A program made the translations under genes and the position numbers. This document shows, piece after piece, positions 31,737-41,567 of a DNA stretch of 64,000 nt (position 1 is its first letter; every line of letters starts with the position of its first letter). The DNA comes from Alphaproteobacteria bacterium (lineage in GTDB: Bacteria; Pseudomonadota; Alphaproteobacteria; CALKHQ01). The DNA is taken from assembly GCA_965227515.1 (NCBI GenBank), contig CBDDFZ010000001.1, forward strand, positions 1,920,001 through 1,984,000, given 5' to 3'. The notes beneath the pieces were generated by a model, which saw only the letters and a list, made by a program, of their open reading frames with translations, was not told where the DNA came from and searched no databases.

Positions 31737-32819
31737 ATGGACGAAGTCAGGGTCGGGTTTGTCGGCGCGGGCCGCATTTCCAGCCTGCACGCGGCGGAGT
31801 ATCTGGCCAATCCGCGCGGGCGCATCGTCGCCGTCTGCGACGCAAACCTTGAGATCGCGCGGCACCAGGCGGCGGCCTGGGGCGTGCCGGACAACCGCGT
31901 GTTCGACAACTGGGACGCGCTGCTGGCGGTCGACGAGGTCGACCTGGTCGAGGTGCTGCTGCCCCACCACCTGCACAAGCCGGCGACGCTGGCCGCCATT
32001 GCCGCCGGCAAGAACGTCTCGGTGCAAAAGCCGATGGCGCATTCGGTCGCCGATGCCGACGACATGTGCCGGGCGGCGGCGGATGCCGGCGTCGTGTTCA
32101 AGGTGTTCGAGAATTTCGTTTTCTACCCGCCGGTGATGAAGGCGAAGGCGCTGATCGACGATGGCGCCATCGGCAAGCCCCTGTCGATCCGCATCAAGTC
32201 CAACCCGGGCGTCAGCCGTGGCGCCTGGCCGATCCCGGCCTCCGCCGAGGCCTGGCGCTTCAATCCCGACACGTGCGGCGGCGGGCCGTTGGTGTTCGAC
32301 GACGGCCACCACAAGTTCGCGCTCGGCTGGCACTTCATGGGCCAGGCCGAGGAAGTGCACGCCTGGATCGGCGAGACCAAGGTGCCGGCGGGCGTGCTGG
32401 ACGCGCCGGCGATGATCTCGTGGCGGTTTTCGGAGGGGCGGTTCGGCAACATGGAGTGTGTCCACTCGCCCGGCCTGGAGGTCGACACTGCGACGTACCC
32501 GCAAGACGACAAGGTGGAGATTACCGGCGAGGAAGGTGTCATCTGGATCACCCGCGGCCACGGCAAGATCGGCGATCAGCCGCCGGTGATCCTCTACCGG
32601 AATGGCGAGACCACGGGCTTCTCCGACCTGGAGAGCCACTGGGAGTCGAGCTTCGTGCACTCCACCCGGCATTTCATCGACGTGCTGTGCGATGGCGGTG
32701 TGCCCTCGCTGACCGGCGTTGAGGGCCGCGAGGTGCTGCGCTTCGCGCTCGCCGCCCTGAAGTCCGCGGAGTTGGGGCGCGCGGTGACCTTGGACGAAAC
32801 CGCGCCTGCGCCGGGATAA
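31737..32819 (+). CDS. Gfo/Idh/MocA family oxidoreductase
   Basis: VGFVGAGRI, PHHLH, GKNVSVQKP, GGG...D.GHH. Confidence 0.9.
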   Translation: MDEVRVGFVGAGRISSLHAAEYLANPRGRIVAVCDANLEIARHQAAAWGVPDNRVFDNWDALLAVDEVDLVEVLLPHHLHKPATLAAIAAGKNVSVQKPMAHSVADADDMCRAAADAGVVFKVFENFVFYPPVMKAKALIDDGAIGKPLSIRIKSNPGVSRGAWPIPASAEAWRFNPDTCGGGPLVFDDGHHKFALGWHFMGQAEEVHAWIGETKVPAGVLDAPAMISWRFSEGRFGNMECVHSPGLEVDTATYPQDDKVEITGEEGVIWITRGHGKIGDQPPVILYRNGETTGFSDLESHWESSFVHSTRHFIDVLCDGGVPSLTGVEGREVLRFALAALKSAELGRAVTLDETAPAPG

Positions 32820-32825
32820 GCACCG

Positions 32826-32916
32826 ATGCCCGTAGCCTGGGTGGAGCGCAGCGGAACCCGGGTTCGTCGCCACCTGCATTGTCAGTCCCCGGGTTTCACT
32901 TCGTTTCACCCGGGCT
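32826..32916. repeat. GTAG-type REP doublet (family D) interrupted by the IS110 element
   Basis: Left arm ATGCCCGTAGCCTGGGTGG; right arm CACCCGGG-CT is completed by ACGGGCAT at 34337-34344; intact relative at 59276-59359. Confidence 0.88.
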
Positions 32917-32949
32917 TCTGTAACGGGCCATTGTTGGTCAATCCCTTTT

Positions 32950-33115
32950 TCGTCGTCCCGGCGCCTGGGTCATGCTTCTGTACGGGGTCGGCGCAGGGCC
33001 GCCGCCAAGATGGATATGCGAGGATCGGTCGGTCCAATCTACGGAAGCGTGCTCTCATGCGAGGCGACATCCCGGATGGCGGCCTGACCTGATCCATCGT
33101 CCCGGCGCGGGACGG
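32950..33115 (-). ncRNA. predicted bridge/seekRNA of the IS110 element
   Basis: Two internal loops with segments matching target (33069-33075, 33039-33044) and donor junction (33007-33013, 32975-32982); ends approximate. Confidence 0.78.
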
Positions 33116-33180
33116 CGCTCGACGGGCCGGTGTCGGTGCCCGTCGAAGCTCGTGTGTCGGTTCTCCTTATGCCGCGGCCA

Positions 33181-34224
33181 TCATGCTGTCGCCATCGCCG
33201 GGCGCACCGGTCCGGCATGGTTGAACGGTGTGCCGTCAACCCACATCCGGTGCATGATCACGGCGAGCCGGCGCGCCAGCGCGACCTTCGCCTTCCTCAT
33301 GCCCGCACGCCTGGCCAGCTTCATCGCCCAGCTCTTCAGCCAGCCGCCCTCGATCGGCCGGGTCAGAACCACGTGTGCCGCCTCATAGAGGGCCGAGCGC
33401 ACATCGGCGTCCCCTACCTTCGATATCCGCCCCATCACCTCGCTCTCGCCCGACTGGCGCTTGGTCGGCGTCAGGCCGAAGTGCGCACCCACCAGGCGCG
33501 ACGAGGCAAACCGCCCGGGGTCGTCCACTCCCGACAAGTAGGTCAGTCCGACAATGCTCCCCACGCCCGGCACCGTCATCAGCAGGCGAGCGCGATCGTC
33601 GGCCTGCGCCGCCGCCCGGACCTGCCGGTCCAGCGCCGTGAACGATAGCAACAGGCCATCGCGTGCCGACAGCAGCGCCCCCGCCACCGCCTCCAGTACC
33701 GGATGCCCCGCCACAAGCTCCGAAATACGTGTCGAAAAGCTGCGCCTGGTGGTGTGCCCTACCTTCAGCCCGAAGTTCCGCAGCTGACCACGAAGGTGCA
33801 TCTCAAGATCGTGCAGCTTCGCGCGGAGCTGGTCGCGACCCTTCAAAAGGGCCCGCATCTCCTGGGCCGCCAAAGACTTGCAGTGAACCGGACGAAACCA
33901 GCCCACACGCATCAGCTGAGCAATCCCGCGTGCGTCCGAGCGGTCCGACTTCACCGGCATCGTCGAAAGCGCTCGCGCAACATGACGCGTCTCCAGCAAC
34001 TCAACCGAAAGACCGCCCTCGCTACATCCCCGCACAAGCCATTGCGACAACGGCCCCGCCTCAAGACCAATCCGCTCAACCGAAATCCCCAAAGACCCAA
34101 ACCACAACAACAAACCCGCCGGCGTGCTCGCAATACGAGCCTCGCAGACAATCCCGCCCGCGCCGTCAACAACGCACACCGATGACCATTCCAAAGAAAC
34201 GTCAATCCCGGCATAGTAGTTCAT
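33181..34224 (-). CDS. IS110 family recombinase/transposase
   Basis: DEDD RuvC-like residues (GIDVS, LEAG, KSDRSDA), TVPGVG, GLTP...QSG catalytic Ser, GRISK.GD, VALARRLA; GAGGAG RBS. Confidence 0.96.
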   Translation of the reverse strand: MNYYAGIDVSLEWSSVCVVDGAGGIVCEARIASTPAGLLLWFGSLGISVERIGLEAGPLSQWLVRGCSEGGLSVELLETRHVARALSTMPVKSDRSDARGIAQLMRVGWFRPVHCKSLAAQEMRALLKGRDQLRAKLHDLEMHLRGQLRNFGLKVGHTTRRSFSTRISELVAGHPVLEAVAGALLSARDGLLLSFTALDRQVRAAAQADDRARLLMTVPGVGSIVGLTYLSGVDDPGRFASSRLVGAHFGLTPTKRQSGESEVMGRISKVGDADVRSALYEAAHVVLTRPIEGGWLKSWAMKLARRAGMRKAKVALARRLAVIMHRMWVDGTPFNHAGPVRPAMATA

Positions 34225-34858
34225 GGTCGTCTCTCCTCGATGTCTTGGAGCGGCAAACCCGACTCCGTGTATGACACCGACATCTTGAGGGACGACCACT
34301 CATGCACGCCACCAAACAAGGGCCGTTAGCCCATCTACGGGCATGAAGGTCCGCCATCTCGGCCAACTTGGCGACAGTGTTGAGGTTGCGGCCGGTGCCC
34401 GTGGCGGCGGCGGGAATGACGAGTTTCGATGGGCCCTGGCCGTCCGGGTAATGGACGTAGATTTCGCGTTCCCCAAGCGCGATCTCCTCGTTCTTGAAGC
34501 CCCTGGCGGTTTCCGCGGCGTCGTCGGGCGGCGGTTGGTCAAGAAACAGCACGATGACCCGGTTCGGCGCGGCGTCCCGGAACGGGTTGCCGGCGAGCAC
34601 CCGCGCCATTTCGGCGGACGTGCGCAGCACCACGCCCACCGGCTTGCCTGTGTGGGCTTCCAGCCGCGATTCCAGCGCTACTTTCACTTGGGCACGCGAC
34701 ACGTCGGCCGTGAACACGACGTTGCCGATGGCGATGTAGGTGCGGGCGCCGGTGAAGCCCGCATCCGCGCATATCTGGCGCAGGTCGACCATCGCGAGCT
34801 TGCCGGTGCCGCCGACGTTCACCGCGCGGAGGAGGGCGATGTAGGTTTGGGCGGTCAT
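34202..34858 (-). CDS. DUF1697 domain protein with IS-derived C-terminal extension
   Basis: YIALLRAVNVGG, TYIA.GNVVF, GT.RN.NT..KL; codons after 174 lie inside the IS. Confidence 0.85.
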   Translation of the reverse strand: MTAQTYIALLRAVNVGGTGKLAMVDLRQICADAGFTGARTYIAIGNVVFTADVSRAQVKVALESRLEAHTGKPVGVVLRTSAEMARVLAGNPFRDAAPNRVIVLFLDQPPPDDAAETARGFKNEEIALGEREIYVHYPDGQGPSKLVIPAAATGTGRNLNTVAKLAEMADLHARRWANGPCLVACMSGRPSRCRCHTRSRVCRSKTSRRDDHELLCRD

Positions 34859-34869
34859 CTCTTCACCGT

Positions 34870-34979
34870 CGTCATTGCGAGGAGCGCCAACTGGCGCGAC
34901 GCGGCAATCCAGAGCAACGCATCCGCATTCACGGCAATCGCCTGGATCGCCGCGCCGCTTTCAGCGGCTCGCGATGACG
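34870..34979. repeat. palindromic repeat family C (CGTCATTGCGAG...CTCGCRATGACG), copy 1
   Basis: 12-bp terminal IR with internal GCAATCCA/TGGAT pair; second copy at 58197-58309. Confidence 0.85.
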
Positions 34980-34990
34980 CCAATGTGAGA

Positions 34991-36940
34991 CTACCCCGCG
35001 GTCAGGTACCCGCGCTCTTCAAGGTAGGCGACGATGCGTTCGGCCAATGCCTCGGCGTCGTCCTCGGCGGTGTTGACCGTGATCTCCGGGTTCTCCGGCG
35101 CTTCGTAGGGCGCGGAGATGCCGGTGAAGTTCTTGATCTCGCCGCGCTCGGCCTTGGCGTAGAGCCCCTTCACGTCGCGCGCCTTGCAGACCTCAAGCGG
35201 GGTGTCGACGAAGATCTCGATGAACTCGCCGTCCTCCACCAGCTCGCGCGCCATCCGGCGCTCGGCCCGGTAGGGCGAGATGAACGACACCAGCACGATG
35301 GTGCCTGAGTCCACGAACAGCTTCGCCACCTCGCCGATGCGGCGGATGTTCTCCACCCGGTCGGCTTCCGAGAACGACAGGTCCCGGTTCAGCCCGTGCC
35401 GCACGTTGTCGCCGTCCAGCAACTGGGTGTGGCGGCCACGCGCGTGCAGCGCCTTTTCGACCAGGTTGGCGACCGTCGATTTGCCGGACCCCGACAACCC
35501 GGTGAACCACAGCACCACCGGACGCTGGCCCTTCAGCCGGGCGCGCGCCCCCTTGTCGACGTCGAGCGCCTGCAGGTGGATGTTGGCCGCGCGCCTCAGC
35601 GCGAAGCGCACCATGCCGGCGCCGACGGTGGCGTTGGTGTAGCGGTCGATCAGGATGAACGACCCGGTGTCGCGCACCCGCTCATAGGCGTCGAACGCCA
35701 CCGGCTCGGCCAGCGCCAGGTCGCAGAGCGCGATCTCGTTCAGCTCCAGCGTCTTGCCGGCCAGCCGGTCGAACGAGTTGACGTCGGTCTTGTATTTGAT
35801 GTCGGTGATGTGGGCGGCGACCGTGCGGGTGCCGATGCGCATCATGTAGGAGCGCCCGGGGATCATCGGCTCGTCGTTCATCCACACGATCTCGGCCGCC
35901 ATCAGGTCGGCGACATCCGGCCGGTCGGTGTCGGCCGCCAGCATGTCGCCGCGTGCGATGTCCAGCTCGCGGTCCAGCGTCAGGGTCACCGCGTCGCCGG
36001 CGAACGCCTCGTCCAGGTCGCCGTCCATGGTGACGATGCGGTCAACTGCCGCCGGCTTGCCGTTGTCGGCCACCACGATGCCATCACCCGGCGCCACCCG
36101 GCCGCTGGCGATGGTGCCGCTGTAGCCGCGGAAATCCTGGTTCGGGCGGTTCACCCACTGCACCGGCATGCGGAACGGCAGATCGTCGGCGGTCTGGCCG
36201 ATCGGCACCGTCTCCAGGAAGCCCAGCAGGTGCGGGCCGTGATACCAGGGCATGCGCTCGCTGGAGCGGACCACGTTGTCGCCATAGCGCGCCGACATCG
36301 GGATCGCGACCACGGTCTGGAACGCCATGTTGCTGGCGAACGCGCCGAAGTCGGCAACGATGCGGTCGAACACCTGGCGGTCGAAGTCGACCAGGTCGAT
36401 CTTGTTCACTGCCAGCACCACGTTGCGGATGCCGAGCAGGTTGGCGATGTAGGCGTGGCGCCGGGTCTGGGTCAGCACGCCCTTGCGCGCGTCGACCAGG
36501 ATAACCGCCACCTCGGCGGTCGACGCCCCAGTCGCCATGTTGCGGGTGTACTGCTCGTGGCCCGGCGTGTCGGCGACGATGAACTTGCGCCGGTCGGTGG
36601 CGAAGAAGCGATAGGCGACGTCGATGGTGATGCCCTGCTGGCGCTCCGCCTCCAGGCCGTCGACCAGCAGCGCCAGGTCGATGTCGTCGCCGGTGGTGCC
36701 ATGCTTGCGGCTGTCGTTTTCCAGGGCCGCCAGATGGTCCTCGAACAGCACCCGGCTGTCATAGAGCAGGCGGCCGATCAGGGTCGACTTGCCGTCGTCG
36801 ACGCTGCCGCAGGTCAGGAACCGCAGCAGCTCCTTGTCTTCCTGCGCAGCCAAGTATTTGGCGACCGCCTCGGCGCTGTCCTTCTGCGCGTCGGGCGACA
36901 CGACGGTCAATGTGGGCGTGAGCTTGGGTGAGGTGCTCAA
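34991..36940 (-). CDS. cysNC: bifunctional sulfate adenylyltransferase subunit 1 / APS kinase (CysNC, NodQ-like)
   Basis: [28 protein letters not shown]; then [26 protein letters not shown]. Confidence 0.96.
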   Translation of the reverse strand: MSTSPKLTPTLTVVSPDAQKDSAEAVAKYLAAQEDKELLRFLTCGSVDDGKSTLIGRLLYDSRVLFEDHLAALENDSRKHGTTGDDIDLALLVDGLEAERQQGITIDVAYRFFATDRRKFIVADTPGHEQYTRNMATGASTAEVAVILVDARKGVLTQTRRHAYIANLLGIRNVVLAVNKIDLVDFDRQVFDRIVADFGAFASNMAFQTVVAIPMSARYGDNVVRSSERMPWYHGPHLLGFLETVPIGQTADDLPFRMPVQWVNRPNQDFRGYSGTIASGRVAPGDGIVVADNGKPAAVDRIVTMDGDLDEAFAGDAVTLTLDRELDIARGDMLAADTDRPDVADLMAAEIVWMNDEPMIPGRSYMMRIGTRTVAAHITDIKYKTDVNSFDRLAGKTLELNEIALCDLALAEPVAFDAYERVRDTGSFILIDRYTNATVGAGMVRFALRRAANIHLQALDVDKGARARLKGQRPVVLWFTGLSGSGKSTVANLVEKALHARGRHTQLLDGDNVRHGLNRDLSFSEADRVENIRRIGEVAKLFVDSGTIVLVSFISPYRAERRMARELVEDGEFIEIFVDTPLEVCKARDVKGLYAKAERGEIKNFTGISAPYEAPENPEITVNTAEDDAEALAERIVAYLEERGYLTAG

Positions 36941-37845
36941 AAGTAGCCCTCCCGCTTCTTCTTTTCCATGGAGGCACTGTCGTCGTGGTCGATCAGCCGA
37001 CCCGACCGCTCGGAGGTCTGGGCGGTCAGCATCTCGCGCACGATGCCGTGCAGGTCGTCGGCGTCGGACTGGATCGCGCCGGTCAGCGGATAGCAGCCCA
37101 GGGTGCGGAACCGCACCTGCCGCATCTCCGGCGTCTCGCCATCGGCCATCGGCAGGCGGTCGTCGTCGGCCATGATCAGCATGCCGTCTCGTTCCACCAC
37201 CGGGCGTTTCTTGGCGTAGTAGAGCGGCACGATGGGGATGTCCTCGGCCAGGATGTACTGCCAGATGTCGAGCTCGGTCCAGTTCGACAGCGGGAACACC
37301 CGGATCGACTCACCCGGCTTCACCCGCGTGTTGTAGAGCCGCCAGAGCTCCGGGCGCTGGTTCTTCGGGTCCCAGGTGTGGGTGGCGGTGCGGAACGAGA
37401 ACACGCGCTCCTTGGCGCGGCTCTTCTCCTCGTCGCGGCGGGCGCCGCCGAACGCGGCGTCGAACTTGTAGTGGTCCAGCGCCTGCTTCAGCGCGTCGGT
37501 CTTCATCACCTGGGTGTAGAGCGCCGAGCCGTGGTCGAACGGGTTGATGCCGCGCGCCTTGCCGTCCTGGTTGGTGTGGACGATCAAGTCCATGCCGGCA
37601 TCCTTCGCCGCCTTGTCGCGGAACTCGATCATCTCGCGGAACTTCCACGTCGTGTCGACATGGAGCAGCGGGAACGGCGGGCGGGAGGGGTGGAACGCCT
37701 TCCGCGCCAGGTGAAGCATCACCGAGGAATCCTTGCCGATGGAGTAGAGCATCACCGGGTTGCGGAACGACGCCGCCACCTCTCGGATGATGTCGATGCT
37801 CTCGGATTCCAGGCGTTGCAAATGGGAGCGGCGCTGCATGGCCAT
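36937..37845 (-). CDS. cysD: sulfate adenylyltransferase subunit 2
   Basis: [43 protein letters not shown]. Confidence 0.97.
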   Translation of the reverse strand: MAMQRRSHLQRLESESIDIIREVAASFRNPVMLYSIGKDSSVMLHLARKAFHPSRPPFPLLHVDTTWKFREMIEFRDKAAKDAGMDLIVHTNQDGKARGINPFDHGSALYTQVMKTDALKQALDHYKFDAAFGGARRDEEKSRAKERVFSFRTATHTWDPKNQRPELWRLYNTRVKPGESIRVFPLSNWTELDIWQYILAEDIPIVPLYYAKKRPVVERDGMLIMADDDRLPMADGETPEMRQVRFRTLGCYPLTGAIQSDADDLHGIVREMLTAQTSERSGRLIDHDDSASMEKKKREGYF

Positions 37846-38002
37846 CGTGTCTTTCGGTCTTTTGTGCAGGTGCGAAGGGAGGGCTTGCCCCAATGCGCCG
37901 GTACAGTCAAGCACAGCCGTAGGATTGATGACATAGGTCACGACGTAGGAACGGCAATCGCCCAGCTTCTTTTGCGCCCGTCGCCGTGCCATAGTCCGGC
38001 CC

Positions 38003-39439
38003 ATGCTGACAGACGCCCACGATACCGGGCTGGCCGCGGGCCAGCCGGCGCCCCGCCTGCGTGCCGGGTGGGTGGGCGAGGTGCGCCCGCTGCTGACGCT
38101 GGCCGCACCCATGATCCTGCTGCAACTGGCGCAGATGGCGATCGGCGCCACCGACGTGCTGATGATGGGCTGGCTGGGGCAGGACGCGCTGGCCGCCGGC
38201 GCGCTCGGCGCCCATGCCCATCACGCGCTCTACCTCTTCGGGCTGGGCGTGTGCGTGTCGGTCTCCGCGCTGGCGTCGCAGGCCCTGGGGGCGCATCGGC
38301 GGCGCGAGGTGCGGCGCATCGTGCGCCATGGGCTTTACGTGGCCGCCATCATCACCGCGCCCTTGGCGCTGATCCTGGCCTTCTTCGGGCCGATCGCGCG
38401 GCTGCTCGGCCAGCCCGACGACATGGTCGCCACCGCCGCGCCCTATGTCTGGATCATGGCGGCCGGCCTGCTGCCCAGCCTGGGCTTCGTGGTACTGCGC
38501 AGCTTCTGCGGCGCGCTCGACCGGCCGACGGTGCCGATGACGGTGATGATCCTGGCCATCGGCGCCAATGCGCTGCTGAACTATGTGCTGATGTTCGGCC
38601 ATTTCGGCCTGCCGCGGCTGGAACTGATCGGCGCGGGCATCGCCAGCGTGGTGGTGGAATGGGCCATGTTCCTTGGCCTGCTGGTGTTCGTGGTCCGCGA
38701 CCGCCGGTTCCGGCGCTACACGATCCTGGTCCGCTTCTGGCGGGTGGAATGGCACCGCATCCGCCAGATCCTGCAGGTCGGCCTGCCCATCGGGGCTGCG
38801 ATCCTGATGGAGGCCGCCATGTTCACCGCCGCCATCTTCCTGATGGGCGTGATCGGCAAGGCCTCGGTGGCGGCGCACCAGATCGCCATCCTGTGCGGCG
38901 CCATCACCTTCAACATTCCGCTGGGCCTGGCGCAAGCCACCACCATCCGGGTCGGTCATGCCGCCGGCCGGCGCAATCGGCCGAGGATCAGGTCCATCGG
39001 GATCGCCGGCCACGTGCTCAGCGGCGCCTTCATGACCGCGATGGCAGTGATGTTCATCGCGATACCGGAGACGCTGGCCGGCCTGTTCCTGGATGCGTCG
39101 GTGGAGGAGAACCGGCCGGTGATCGACCTCGCGGTGACGTTCCTGTTCGTGGCCGCGCTGTTCCAGGTGGTCGACGGCGCGCAGGTGATCAGCCAGAACT
39201 GCTTGCGCGGCCTGAAGGACACGCGCACGCCGATGCTCATCGCCATTGCCGGCTATTGGGGCATCGGCTTTCCGGTCTGCGCCCTGCTGGGCCTGGCCAC
39301 CGACCTGGATGGCATCGGCGTGTGGATCGGGCTGGCGCTCGGGCTTGCCGTGGCGGCGGTGGCGTTGACCGTCCGGTTCGTGCGGGAAACCTCGCCGGAG
39401 CGGATCGGCCACTGGTTCGCGCTGGTCGACAGGTCATGA
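38003..39439 (+). CDS. MATE family efflux transporter (NorM-like)
   Basis: 12 TM; LA.P, D..MMG.LG, AAHQIA, FQVVDG.Q, LRG.KDTR.PM. Confidence 0.93.
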   Translation: MLTDAHDTGLAAGQPAPRLRAGWVGEVRPLLTLAAPMILLQLAQMAIGATDVLMMGWLGQDALAAGALGAHAHHALYLFGLGVCVSVSALASQALGAHRRREVRRIVRHGLYVAAIITAPLALILAFFGPIARLLGQPDDMVATAAPYVWIMAAGLLPSLGFVVLRSFCGALDRPTVPMTVMILAIGANALLNYVLMFGHFGLPRLELIGAGIASVVVEWAMFLGLLVFVVRDRRFRRYTILVRFWRVEWHRIRQILQVGLPIGAAILMEAAMFTAAIFLMGVIGKASVAAHQIAILCGAITFNIPLGLAQATTIRVGHAAGRRNRPRIRSIGIAGHVLSGAFMTAMAVMFIAIPETLAGLFLDASVEENRPVIDLAVTFLFVAALFQVVDGAQVISQNCLRGLKDTRTPMLIAIAGYWGIGFPVCALLGLATDLDGIGVWIGLALGLAVAAVALTVRFVRETSPERIGHWFALVDRS

Positions 39440-40170
39440 CCCGCGCCGATGTCGCCCTGGTCGAGCGTGGCCTCGCGGTGTCGCGGGCCAAGGCACAGGC
39501 GCTGATCCGCCAGGGCTGCGTGGTGCTGGACGGCGCGCCGGTGGCGCGGCCGAACCAGCCGGTGGCGATGGGTGCTGCGCTGGCCGTGGTGGACGATCCC
39601 TGCCCATGGGTGTCGCGCGGCGCGTTGAAGCTGGTCCATGCGCTCGACCGTTTCGGGCTTGAGGCCAGTGGGCGGGTGGCGGCGGACATTGGCGCCTCCA
39701 CCGGCGGCTTTACCGAGGTGCTGCTGAGCCGGGGCGCCAGCCGCGTCTACGCCATCGATGCCGGGCACGGCCAGTTGGCGGCGTCGCTGGCTGGCGACCC
39801 AAGGGTGGTGTCGATGGATAGGACCAACGCGCGCCACCTGGCGCCCGGTGCGATCCCGGAGCCGCTTGGCGCCGTCGTCTGCGATGTCAGTTTCATCAGC
39901 GCCACCAAGGTGCTGGGCCCGGTGGTGGCGCAGGCCGCACCGGACGCCTGGGCGGTGGTGCTGATCAAGCCGCAGTTCGAACTGGCGCCGGAGCACATCG
40001 GCAAGGGCGGCATCGTGCGCGACCCGGCGTTGCGGCAGCAGGCATGCGACGCCGTCGAGCTCTGGTGGGGCGAGCAGCCGGGCTGGCGCGTGCTGGGCGT
40101 GATCGACAGCCCGATTGCCGGCGGTGACGGCAACGCGGAGTTCCTGCTCGCCGCGATCTCAAATGCCTAG
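39436..40170 (+). CDS. tlyA: TlyA family RNA methyltransferase
   Basis: S4 domain, VSRGALKL, DIGASTGGFT, DVSFIS, LIKPQFE, SPI.GGDGN.EFL. Confidence 0.93.
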   Translation: MTRADVALVERGLAVSRAKAQALIRQGCVVLDGAPVARPNQPVAMGAALAVVDDPCPWVSRGALKLVHALDRFGLEASGRVAADIGASTGGFTEVLLSRGASRVYAIDAGHGQLAASLAGDPRVVSMDRTNARHLAPGAIPEPLGAVVCDVSFISATKVLGPVVAQAAPDAWAVVLIKPQFELAPEHIGKGGIVRDPALRQQACDAVELWWGEQPGWRVLGVIDSPIAGGDGNAEFLLAAISNA

Positions 40171-41479
40171 AGGGAGACGGGGACCGCCCCGGCGCAAGAA
40201 GCTGGCCGACGCCGGCAAGGTCGTGGAGCTGACCGTCGAGCGGCTGGGCGCCCAGGCCGACGGTATCGCGCGCCACGATGGCAAGACGATCTACGTCGCG
40301 GGCGCACTGCCGGGCGAGGCGGTGACGGCCAGGATCGTGGACCGGCGGGGCGACGGGCTGGTGGCGACGCTTGAGGCGGTGGCGGAGCCGTCGCCCCAGC
40401 GGATCGCGCCGGTCTGCCCGCATTTCGGCACCTGCGGCGGCTGCGCGCTGCAGCATCTCGCGCCGGATGCGGTGGCCGACTGGCGGCGCGACCAGGTGGC
40501 CCAGGCGTTGGCGCGGCGAGGGTTCGACGTGCCGCTGGAAGTACACACGCCCGGTGCGGCGACGCGCCGGCGGCGGGCGCGGTTTGCCTTGGCAGTCGGG
40601 CGGGACGGCCGCGTGCGGGTGGGCTTCCACGGCCGGCGCCAGCGCCAAGTGGTTGCCGTCGATACCTGCCCGCAGGTCGACGGGCGGCTGCTGGCGGCGG
40701 CTCAGACGCTTGCTGCGGCATTGTCCGGGCATGTTGGTCCGCGCGGTCCGGTGGACGTCGCTGCGACGTTGCCCGACACCGGCATCGACCTGCTGCTGGT
40801 CGGTCCGGCGGACCTGTCCGCGCCGGCCCGGCTGGCGCTCGCAGGCTGTTCCGGCGACGGCGATATCGCGCGCCTGTCATGGCAGCCCGACGACAACGCG
40901 GCGTCGGAGCCGCTGGCCGTCCATCGCGCGCCCATGGTGACGTTCGATGGCGTGGCGGTCGACGTCCCGCCGGGCGGCTTCCTGCAACCGACGGCAGCGG
41001 GCGAGGCGTGCCTCGCCGGGATTGTCACCGAGGCCGTGGCCGGCGCCCAGCGCGTGGTCGACCTGTTCGCCGGTCTCGGCACCTTCAGCCTGCCGCTATC
41101 GAGAGGCGCGAACATCGTGGCGTTCGAGGGCGATGCGACGCTGGTGGCCGCGCTGAAACAGGCGGCGGGCCGGGCCGGCCGCGGCGGGCGGCTGAGCGCT
41201 CATGTCCGCGACCTGGAACGCCAGCCCTTGCCGGCGAAGGACTTCGCCAAGGCCGATGCCGTGGTGCTGGACCCGCCCCGCACCGGTGCGCCGGCGCAGT
41301 GCCATGCGCTGGCTGGAGCCGGCGTGCCGCTGATCGTGATGGTGTCGTGTCACCCGGCGACATTCGCACGCGACGCCCGCACGCTGGCCGATGGCGGCTA
41401 CACGCTGGAGCGGGTCAGCGTCGTCGACCAGTTCGGCTGGTCGCACCACACCGAACTGGTCGGCGTCTTCAAGCGGTAG
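40163..41479 (+). CDS. rlmD: 23S rRNA m5U methyltransferase (RlmD/TrmA family)
   Basis: TRAM domain, CPHFGTCGGC, FLQ, DLFAGLGTF, LDPPRTG, VSC.P.TFARD, DQF..S.H.E. Confidence 0.88.
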   Translation: MPRGRRGPPRRKKLADAGKVVELTVERLGAQADGIARHDGKTIYVAGALPGEAVTARIVDRRGDGLVATLEAVAEPSPQRIAPVCPHFGTCGGCALQHLAPDAVADWRRDQVAQALARRGFDVPLEVHTPGAATRRRRARFALAVGRDGRVRVGFHGRRQRQVVAVDTCPQVDGRLLAAAQTLAAALSGHVGPRGPVDVAATLPDTGIDLLLVGPADLSAPARLALAGCSGDGDIARLSWQPDDNAASEPLAVHRAPMVTFDGVAVDVPPGGFLQPTAAGEACLAGIVTEAVAGAQRVVDLFAGLGTFSLPLSRGANIVAFEGDATLVAALKQAAGRAGRGGRLSAHVRDLERQPLPAKDFAKADAVVLDPPRTGAPAQCHALAGAGVPLIVMVSCHPATFARDARTLADGGYTLERVSVVDQFGWSHHTELVGVFKR

Positions 41480-41499
41480 TTGAATGGCTGCCTGTCGCC

Positions 41500-41533
41500 A
41501 AAAAGGGCGCCTGCTTGCGCAAGCGCCCCTTTC
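41500..41533. terminator. bidirectional intrinsic terminator
   Basis: AAAAAGGGCGC-N12-GCGCCCCTTT between convergent genes. Confidence 0.7.
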
Positions 41534-41567
41534 TGAACATCCTGTCAATCGAGAGGTAGCGGTATCG

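Larger units (their letters stand above)
32915..34336 (-). mobile_element. IS110-family insertion sequence, IS1111 type (about 1420 bp, CT core)
   Basis: CT at both junctions (32915-16, 34335-36), no long TSD, imperfect sub-terminal IRs TAACGGGCCATTGTTGG / TAACGGCCCTTGTTTGG, long non-coding end downstream of the transposase; removal restores the REP. Confidence 0.92.

Noticed and set aside
30166-37845. cysQ with cysD/cysNC as a nodulation or sulfation island
   Set aside because: No sulfotransferase or nod genes in the window; ordinary sulfate activation suffices
36928-40170. 1080-aa ORF on the + strand
   Set aside because: Chance join of an antisense shadow of cysD, an off-frame read of the MATE gene and the real tlyA, which starts at 39436
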